The position numbers were made by a program, and so were the translations under genes. Positions 56,001 through 64,000 of a DNA stretch of 64,000 nt are shown here, piece after piece. The stretch lies in assembly GCF_009834535.1 (NCBI RefSeq), contig NC_045704.1:16864001-16928000 (forward strand). The letters run 5' to 3'. The notes under the pieces are model-generated. The model made no database searches and was not told the origin of the DNA. It saw only the letters and a program-made list of their open reading frames with translations. Each line of letters starts with the position of its first letter. The first letter of the stretch is position 1. The DNA is from Camelus ferus (Eukaryota).

Positions 56001-59000
56001 AGCAGATGTGGAGGCACGAAGGGCAGAGCATCCAGTCTCCACCCAGAGTATGCAGTTGATACCTAGTTTTGAGGCATCTTCACCCACCGCGCCCCAGCCT
56101 ACCATAGCTGTGTTCTCAGAGGTCATTCCATCCATCCATCCCCTACTGAGGTACAGAGCAGCCACTTGGTGTCCGCCAGGCACTGGCTGGCTTTAGCCCC
56201 CAACCCAGATTCTGCAGCAGAGGAACTAAGGTCCCCATGGTGTGGAGCTCACTGTGGCAGGAGTCTTCCAACCAGCCTTGCTCTCCCTGCCCCCTTGCTG
56301 CCCCTACAGGTGTAGATGCCCTCCCGGAGCTGGGGGACCCGCCCCCGCAGGGCCCGGCCAGCCTGGAGACCCTGGCACCCCCTGAGAGCACCGAGGAGGG
56401 TGCTGACACAGAGAGGTGCCCAGGGTTGGGTGCAGGGGAGGGGCTGGGTGGAGGATCAGGCTTATCTGGGTGCGGGGAGGGTGCGTGGGGGTCGTTGCGC
56501 TGCCATTTGCACCTGCCTATCCCCGAGCCATCTCCTCTCTGCCCTGCTCCTCTCTCTTTCCGTCTTTCTCCTTTTTCTTCTACTTTTGTCTTTTCTCATC
56601 TCCCCTTTCCTTCTTTCTTCCTCCCTTTTTCCTTCGCTTCCTCTTCTCCTTCCTTTTTCACTGATTTTTTTTTCTCTTCTCCGCTTCCTCCCTCTTTCTC
56701 CTTTCCTCCCCCTTCCTCTCCCTTTGATGCTCCTCTCCCCTCACCCCCCACCCCCTCTCCACCCCTCCATCTCCTCCTGGCCCCCTTCCCTCTGCTTCTG
56801 CACTTTTCCATCCCTTCCCCCTTCTCTTCTAAGCCTCCAGCCCAGCCGCCTCGCTCCTGCCACCTGGTGCCCCTTCCCTCGACCCCCAACCCCTTTGTGC
56901 TCCATGCCCCGGGGGCCCTGTCCCCCTCACAGTTGGGGGGCAGGCTCTGCCCCCTGCCTGTCTTTGTGCTGCTGCTTTGGGGACCTTTGGTGGGTGGGGG
57001 AGGTGAGTTGGGTTCCATCTGGGTCAACCTCTGACCCTATGCCCCTCTCTCCCCAGAAGGTGGAAGAGGTGGGTGCCTGGGCCCTGGGTGGGGGGAGGGC
57101 TAGCCCCTCCCCCATTTCTCCCAGCCCCTCCCCTCTCCCCATGGGCCACCCCCTCCCCTTCACCCCTGTGAGGGGTGGGTGGGGACATCACCCTCCCAGT
57201 CGAAGAGCTAAGTATTGAAATCCCCCTTCCCTCCCTCACCTCCTGGCTCTGCCCCATCCTCCTGCCTCAGGGAAGGGAGGGGTCAGTCTTGTGCTCCATA
57301 CTGGGTTCCCTTCCCCTCCCCCACCAATTTCAGTATCCCTCCTTACCACCCCCCACTGCCCCAACGCCCGACGTCCCACTGCTCCTTCTGACTCTCTCCT
57401 CTCTTCTGTTGCATGTTTGATCTCTGTCCTGGTCTCTCCCTGTCTGTCTCTGTCCTGGTCTCTCCCCATCTCTGTCCTGGTCTCTCCCCATCTGTCCCAG
57501 TCCTGGTCTCTCCCCTCCGTCTCTGTCCCTGTCCTTGGTCCTTCCCTGTCTGTCCCTGTCCTGGCCTCTCCCCATCTGTCTCTGTCCTGGTCTCTCCCCA
57601 TCTCTGTCCCTGTCTTGGTCTCTCCTTGTCTCTGTCCTGGCCTCTGCCTGACTCTGTCCTTGGCCTCGGGGTCCAGGCTGTCGGGGCGTCTGNNNNNNNN
57701 NNNNNNNNNNNNNNNNNNNNNNNNNNNNNNNNNNNNNNNNNNNNNNNNNNNNNNNNNNNNNNNNNNNNNNNNNNNNNNNNNNNNNNNNNNNNNNNNNNNN
57801 NNNNNNNNNNNNNNNNNNNNNNNNNNNNNNNNNNNNNNNNNNNNNNNNNNNNNNNNTCCCCCCCCATCCACTGTGAGACAGCGTGGAGAGTCAGGGAGGC
57901 TGGGGTGGGGGTTGTTGCCAGAATTACAGAGAACTGGGTATCGGATGCTGAGGTCATTGAGGGCCTACAGTGGTCACAGGAGAGGGGTAAGAGGTTTCTT
58001 TCCAGAGATTTGGGGGCTGGTCTGCAGCGTGGGCCACCCTGGGGGATGGGGTTGGACACGAAGCAGTCAAAGGCTCCTCCCTGGGACCCCCTGAGCCAGG
58101 ACCCTAAAAAGACCTCTGTCCCACAGCCCTGAGCCTGGAGATGAGGGGGAGCCGGGACGGTCGGGACTCGAGCTGGAGCCAGAAGAACCCCCTGGCTGGC
58201 GGGAGCTCGTCCCCCCAGGCACTCTGCACAGCCTGCCCAAGAGCCAGGTGAAGCGGCAAGAGGTCATCAGCGGTGAGTGCCACCCCTTCCAACCCACTGC
58301 GGCCGAGGACACAGCGCACATGCAGGGAGATGTCCACCTCAGTGTTGTTTACAACAGGCTGAGCTTGAAGGCAGCCTGTCTCTTACCACAGAGGACTATT
58401 TGTTAAGTAAATTCTAGAAGCCTCCACGGAACAGGGACGCAGCAATTGAAATGACGTTTCCAAAGAATTCTTCGTGGCCCAGGCCAGAGCTGGTGTTAAG
58501 AGCCAGAAACGGGCTATGAAACTGTATTTCTAGCATTAAGCCTTTGTTTCCTTATTTGTGAAACATGGACAGTGCTAGTTCTACTTCAAAAGACTCCCGA
58601 AGTGGGGGAGGGTATTGCTCAGTGGTGGAGCACATGCTTAGCATGCACGAGGTCCTGGGTTTGATCCCCAGTACCTGCATTAAATAAATAAATAAATAAA
58701 TAAATAAACAAACAAACAAACAAACAAACAAACAAACTTAATTATTATCTCCCCCCCCAAAAAAAGCAAAACAAAAAAATTTGTTTTAAATAAATGTCAC
58801 TTCTTAAAAAAAAAGACTCCTGAAGCAGAAGATAAGACGGTTGGTGAGCACTGTCATAGTGGTGGACACAGGGTGAGAGCATTTGAATGTGACCCCTATT
58901 ATTACTACGATCTTGAGCGCTCAGGGGAGAAAAAGATTCCCACAGGGAAAAGTTTGAAAAAATAATCAATATGTTAGTGGTGCTTCGCTTCGGGGCAGAG

Positions 59001-62000
59001 AGACGGTGGGAATCTCGTTTTCGCCGTGATTCTTTGCTGTGATTTCAAATTGTGCATGTATAGAGTGGGGCTTGGCAAATGTAGAGGACTTTTGGGAGCT
59101 CATCTGGAAGTTAGTTTACAGATTACTTAATAGTAGGAAGGGTTCTCATTCAGAACTTGGGGGCCATATCCTTCTGAGGATATGATCTGTCTGGAATGAT
59201 GGTAATATGCACTATTGTGCTTTCCAGCACAGTAACCATCAGCCACATAATGGCTGTTGAGCACTTAAAGTGTGGTGGATATAACTGAGAACTGAATTTT
59301 GCATTCTGTTTTATTTTAATTAAGCAAAATTTGGCGAGCTGTGTGTAGCTAGTGACTACCATGTCAGACAGCATAGCAGTTTCTCTCAGCAGAAAAAACG
59401 TGCATGTGTAACACACAAAATCAGACATTTAGTCTCCAGGGACTTCTGGGGCCCCTGGGAACTCAGGCGTGCACCCTCTGGGGGCCCCTGGATCCAAGGC
59501 CATCACCCTGTGCATTGATGATCTGGGATCCATGCCCCAGAAACTGACCTGAGAAACTTGGATGATTAGACACAAAACATGTGCCACAGGCAGTGAGGTG
59601 ACCAACTCGTCCGGGTTTGCCGGGTTCAGCATTGAGGATTCCATGTCCCGGGAAACCCGTGGTACAGGGCAAATTGGGACCAGTGGTCACCCTCGCTGGC
59701 TGCCATGGCCAAAGCAGAAAGGCTGTGGGTGAAGGAATTCTCAGTGGCGATTTCAGGGGCAAGTGACTCCACCCAGTGTCCTGTCCCCTCCTCCTCATCC
59801 CCCAGCCTGCCTCTGAGACTGTCCCCCCATAGCTTGCACGCTCCCCAACCATGCCTCCTGCCTGGTGGCCCTGCAGAGCTGCTGGTGACGGAGGCGGCCC
59901 ACGTGCGCATGCTCCGGGTGCTCCACGACCTCTTCTACCAGCCCATGGTGGGCGCGGGCTTCTTCCCCCTGGATGAGCTACAGAACATCTTCCCCAGCCT
60001 CGACGAACTCATCGAGGTGCATTGTGAGTGCAGGACTGTGGCCCTACTATGTGCCCCACTGCCGGCTCCCTCCTTGGCAGCCTCAGCAACTACCCTGGAG
60101 CTTAGCACGGTCTCCTTGCACACCTATGACAACGGGCAGCCTCTGTTCTAGTACTGGGAACCCCCCCAGAACCCCAGAGCTCCCCTTCTAGGGGCACATC
60201 ATCAACAAGCATGTGGTGGGGGGAGGGGGCGGCCAGGCTCACCCCCAAGGATCAGACATGCCCAGCTGCAGCCTGACCACCCCCCAGCTCCTGACCAGCT
60301 CTGCATACAATCTTGCCGGTCCTGACAGAGCACCCCCTTTCCTCTCTGCTCCCCACAGCCCTGTTCCTCGATCGCTTGATGAAGCGGAGGCAGGAGAGCG
60401 GCTATCTCATTGAGGAGATTGGAGATGTGCTGCTGGCCCAGGTGAGGTCGCCCAACCCAGCCTCCCCCACCCCCGCCCACCCCCACGGAATCCAGGCCCC
60501 AGGAGGACAGGTCTCAAGCCTCACCCTGCCCCACTCCATGGCCCAAGGGTCTGGGTCCCTAGCCCTGTCCTCCTATCTAGGCTGCCATCCGTGCGAGGCC
60601 CTACTCCTCCCAATCCCACCTGAGACACCCTCCCTGGCCTGAATCTTGCTGTAGTTTGATGGTGCCGAAGGCTCCTGGTTCCAGAAAATCTCCTCCCGCT
60701 TCTGCAGCCGCCAGTCATTTGCCTTAGAACAGCTCAAAGTCAAACAGCGCAGGGATCCTCGGTTCTGTGCCTTTGTGCAGGTGAGGCGGGGGTCTGGGCC
60801 CCAGGGTCTGGGGGCAGATGGGCTGGGGGCGGCGTTTGGTCCCCGAGGCCAGCCCTAGCACTGCCACCCCTGCAGGAGGCCGAGAGCCGCCCGAGGTGCC
60901 GCCGCCTGCAGCTGAAGGACATGATCCCCACAGAGATGCAGCGTCTGACCAAGTACCCGCTGCTTCTGCAGAGCATCGGGCAGAACACAGGTAGCAGCTG
61001 GCCCCACCCCACCCTTCTGGCTCCCAGCTCTCCTGTCTCTAACCTTGGCTGCAGGACTGGGAGCTTCCAAGGTTGGGGTTCACCAGGGCTGGCCTCCTCC
61101 TTGTCTGCAGAAGAGCCAGCTGAACGAGAGAGAGTGGAGCTGGCAGCTGAGCGCTGCCGGGAAATCCTGCATGACGTCAACCAAGCCGTGCGAGAGATGG
61201 AGGACCTGCTGGTGAGCCTGGGTGGGGCCCTGGGAAGTGGGGTGTGCCTGGCAAGGGCCAGCTGGCCCCCGGCTTGTCCCCCTCGGGGTCACTGTGGGTC
61301 CACCCTAGCCCTCGGCTTGCCCCTGTGACACCCCCTTCCCTGTCCCAGCGGCTCAAGGATTATCAGAGGCGCCTGGATTTGTCCCACCTGCGGCAGAGCA
61401 CCGACCCCATGCTGAACGAGTTCAAGGTGTACCCCCACCCTACCCCTCCCCTCCCTTCCCCTTCCCTCCACCCTCCCTGGCCCTGGGGCTTCTCTGATAA
61501 TACACGCAGGAAGCAAGAGGGGCCCCCTCAGTTCTGACCCTCTTCTCATTCCCAGCCGGGCAGCTACTCCTGGCCCCATGGTCGGCCCCCCTTCCCCTGC
61601 CCTGCCCTTGCCTTCGCCAACTATCACTCCTTTCTGCCTCCAGAACCTGGACATCACCAAGAAGAAGTTGGTCCACGAGGGCCCGCTGACATGGCGGGTG
61701 ACGAAGGACAAGGCTGTAGGTGAGCACCAGGACAGTGAGTGGGGGATGCAGGGCAGGGTGTCGGGGTTGTGGGGGCTGCTGAGCACGAGCCTGGCCACCT
61801 CCTGCAGAGGTCCACGTGCTGCTGCTGGACGACCTGCTGCTGCTGCTCCAGCGCCAGGACGAGCGGCTGCTGCTCAAGTCGCACAGCCGGACGCTGACGC
61901 CCACGCCTGACGGCAAGACAATGCTGCGACCGGTGCTGCGGCTCACCTCTGCCATGACCCGCGAGGTGGCCACCGGTAAGGGCCCAGGCGCGGCTGTCCC

Positions 62001-63990
62001 CCAGAGTAGGGAGGGAACCCCTTAAAGAGCCGGGCGCGCACATCCTGGCAGAGGGAAGGCCTGGCAGCCTGAGGCCGAGGCTGTGAGAGGGAGGCCCTGG
62101 GCTGGCCAAGCTGGGGCGCCAGGCTGGATGGTGGATTTTATTAAGAAAAGTGGGAAACTGCCCCAGGTTTTTGCACAGAGGAGCAACCAGTTCTAACCAG
62201 TATTTTGTAAAATCATTCTGGCTGCCTCTTGGGAGTTATAGGGGGTTGGTGGGAGCCAGGAGCCCAGTGAAGGGCCCCAGTGGTGGGAGCAGCTCCTGGG
62301 GTTTTGTAGGTAGAGCCAGACTGATGACTCGTTTCCTGATTAAATGAGAGAGGGCTCCAGAGGGGGCATAGGAGGGGTGAATTGGATGCTCGGAGCCCTG
62401 AGGGTGCCACCCTTGTGGGGAGCTCCCCCAGCCTCTAGCCCAAGCTCAGGGAAGGCACACATTGGGGTGACCCTGGCTCTGAGCCCCGCCTCTCCCTTCC
62501 CCTGCAGATCACAAAGCCTTCTATGTCATTTTCACCTGGGACCAGGAGGCCCAGATATACGAACTGGTGGCGCAGTCCGTGTCGGAGCGGAAGAAGTGAG
62601 GGGGTCTGGGTCGTAAGAGTGGGTGGAGGAAGCCCAGGCCCCAGGGTGGGGCTGGGAGGTCCTGGCACAGGGTCTGGGAGCTCTGACTGCCCAAGGGCTG
62701 GTCTGTCTTCCCAGCTGGTGTGCCCTCATCACCGAGACTGCTGGATCCCTGAAGGTCCCTGCCCCCACCTCCCGCCCCAAACACCGGCCCAGCCCTAGCA
62801 GGTGAGGGGGGCCAGGGAGGGAACCGGAGGGCCGGGGGTGGCTTCCTTGTGTGTCCCCAGAACCTGAGCTTCAGCCTTGTCTCCATGTGAATACATGTGC
62901 ATCTGTGTGTGTGTGCTTGTATAGTGTGTGGGCTTGTTCGCCAACCCCACCACGGCCTGTCTGTCTCCTCCCCAGGCCTCTCTGTCTTCCACTGGCCAAG
63001 CCTCCCTGTCTCCCTGTCTCCCAGCCTCGACCTCTGTCTCTGTCTCCGGACCTTCCTGCCTCCCTACCTCCAGTTTTCTGTCTCCCTGTCCCTGCTGCCC
63101 GCCAGGGCTGTGGGGTCACCCAGCACTTGCTCCCCCCAGCATCCGTGAACCCCTGCTCAGCAGCTCCGAGAACGGCAACGGAGGCCGAGAGATGCCCCCA
63201 GCTGACAGTGAGCCTAGAGGGACGCTGGGTGGGAGCGGGGTGTCCACAGGAAGCCCGGCCAGATCTGAGCTCCCTCCCCACTCCCCCACCCAGGCCGGAT
63301 GGAGAGAATCTTCAACGCCCTCCTGCCCTTCTGCAGACCAGGCCCTGAGGGCCAGCTCGCCACCAAGGCCCTTCAGAAAGGTAGCTCAGCCCCTTCCTTG
63401 ACCTTTAATTCAGCCTCTCCCTGGATCTGTCTCCATCCTTGCTGCCATCCTGCCCTGCCCTGATCCCAACCCCAGCCTCACCTCAGCACCCCCTTTCGCG
63501 TCCCCCAGCCCCTTCTGCAGGTCTGGCTAAAGGGAGGTTCACTCCTGCCCGCAGGCCCCTGGCCTCTTTCCCTCCCCTTACCCCCCACCCATCTCTGGCT
63601 GACTCCCCAGTCCCAGCCCGAGTCCCACCTCTGACTCTGTCCCCTCACCCCTGTCCAGTGCTGTCCCTGAAGCAGCTCCTGTCTCTCTCGGAAGAAGACA
63701 GTGGTGCAGGGCCTCCCCTCGAAGGGGATGGGGTCCCAGGGGGCGGCCCCCTGAGCCCAGCACAGACCCAGGACGTTCGGGAGTTGCTACTCAGCCTGGA
63801 GGAGACCATTAAACAGCTGGAGGTAGTGGCCTTGGGGGCGGTGGGGGAAGGAAAGGGCTGACTCAGTGGAGGGACCCTTCTCACTGATGACCAGCCCCTC
63901 AACCAGGAAGTGGAGGAGGAGTTCTGCCGCCTGAGACTCCTCCTGTCTCAGCTTGGAGAGAACACTGTCCCCCAGCCTGGCTGTACCTGA
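50078..63990 (+). CDS. ARHGEF1: Rho guanine nucleotide exchange factor 1 (p115RhoGEF/Lsc; RH-DH-PH), 914 aa main isoform
   Basis: 27 coding exons: 50078-50110, 50196-50279, 50775-50888, 52830-52928, 53115-53157, 53370-53616, 54059-54088, 54364-54463, 54607-54703, 54783-54818, 55055-55192, 56310-56415, 58127-58272, 59877-60023, 60359-60441, 60655-60780, 60876-60990, 61111-61211, 61349-61426, 61644-61719, 61808-61975, 62508-62595, 62715-62801, 63140-63207, 63294-63380, 63659-63822, 63907-63990. Total 2745 nt, in frame, ending VPQPGCT*. Confidence 0.97.
57057..57068 (+). CDS. ARHGEF1: Candidate ARHGEF1 alternative microexon (12 nt, or 9 nt from the NAGNAG second acceptor at 57060)
   Basis: CTGAC branch point at 57031-57035, CCCCTCTCTCCCCAG|AAG|GTGGAAGAG|GTGGGT. 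Frame-preserving; encodes R-(R)-W-K-R. Confidence 0.65.
57418..57662. repeat. CT-rich degenerate tandem repeat, about 9 units of 22-31 bp, core GTCCTGGTCTCTCC
   Basis: Core copies start near 57426, 57452, 57474, 57500, 57531, 57558, 57584, 57612 and 57634. Confidence 0.9.
57677..57856 (+). CDS. ARHGEF1: Candidate ARHGEF1 alternative exon; only the first 16 nt are visible before the assembly gap, so the end is unknown
   Basis: Acceptor TCCAG|G CTG TCG GGG CGT CTG continues the phase-2 frame as RLSGRL, which I recall from the long mouse Lsc isoform insert. N gap at 57693-57856 (164 N). Confidence 0.6.
58603..58810 (+). mobile_element. tRNA-derived SINE with (TAAA)n(CAAA)n microsatellite and extended tail
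   Basis: SINE body at 58604-58680. TSD AAAAGACTCC(C/T)GAAG at 58588-58602 and 58811-58825. Confidence 0.92.
59180..59378. mobile_element. MER3/MER33-like hAT DNA transposon relic
   Basis: AGCCACATAATGGCTGTTGAGCACTTAAAGTGTGG...ACTGAGAACTGAATTTT...GTAGCTAGTGACTACCATGTCAGACAGCATAG. Confidence 0.7.
59595..59693. mobile_element. Short hAT-type MITE (MER94/MER96-like)
   Basis: Terminal inverted repeats AGGTGACCA (59596-59604) and TGGTCACCCT (59684-59693), with a partly self-complementary interior. Confidence 0.6.
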
Positions 63991-64000
63991 GGCTCCTTGC

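Noticed and set aside
56237-58132. 265-300-aa Pro/Ser/Phe-rich ORFs and GRDQDRD-repeat ORFs
   Set aside because: Translations of a pyrimidine tract, a tandem repeat and an N gap; only the exon-13 portion and the two short alternative exons have splice support.

Overview
Mammalian genomic DNA, not prokaryotic. It is most likely a camelid, because the only young SINE is the short tRNA-derived family with a TAAA...CCTAATTACCTCCCCC tail and I saw no Alu, Bov, PRE-1 or CAN-type SINEs. The window is syntenic to the human 19q13.2 block. In order it contains: the 3' part of an ITAM-bearing CEACAM at the CEACAM3 position (+); LYPD4 (-, with a +1 frameshift in this sequence); DMRTC2 (+); RPS19 (+); CD79A (+); and the complete ARHGEF1 coding sequence (+). 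Exon structures were reconstructed by hand from splice sites and reading frame, and the totals are consistent: DMRTC2 372 aa, RPS19 145 aa, CD79A 225 aa, ARHGEF1 914 aa. The most notable observations are: (1) an activating CEACAM whose ectodomain is decaying, with a dead B exon, an A2 exon with an out-of-frame acceptor and a second A2 relic, joined to a canonical YxxL-x7-YxxL ITAM; (2) the LYPD4 frameshift; (3) a TSD-flanked PGM2 retrocopy whose 5' end is foreign sequence; (4) an unidentified TSD-flanked retro-insertion in RPS19 intron 3; (5) a 9/12-nt ARHGEF1 microexon, plus an alternative exon mostly hidden in an N gap behind a CU-rich tandem array; and (6) Thr in place of the conserved Met in the DMRTC2 DM recognition helix. 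I did not find evidence of a wholly new multi-gene system. Comparisons with human, mouse and cattle sequences are from memory and need alignment to confirm.
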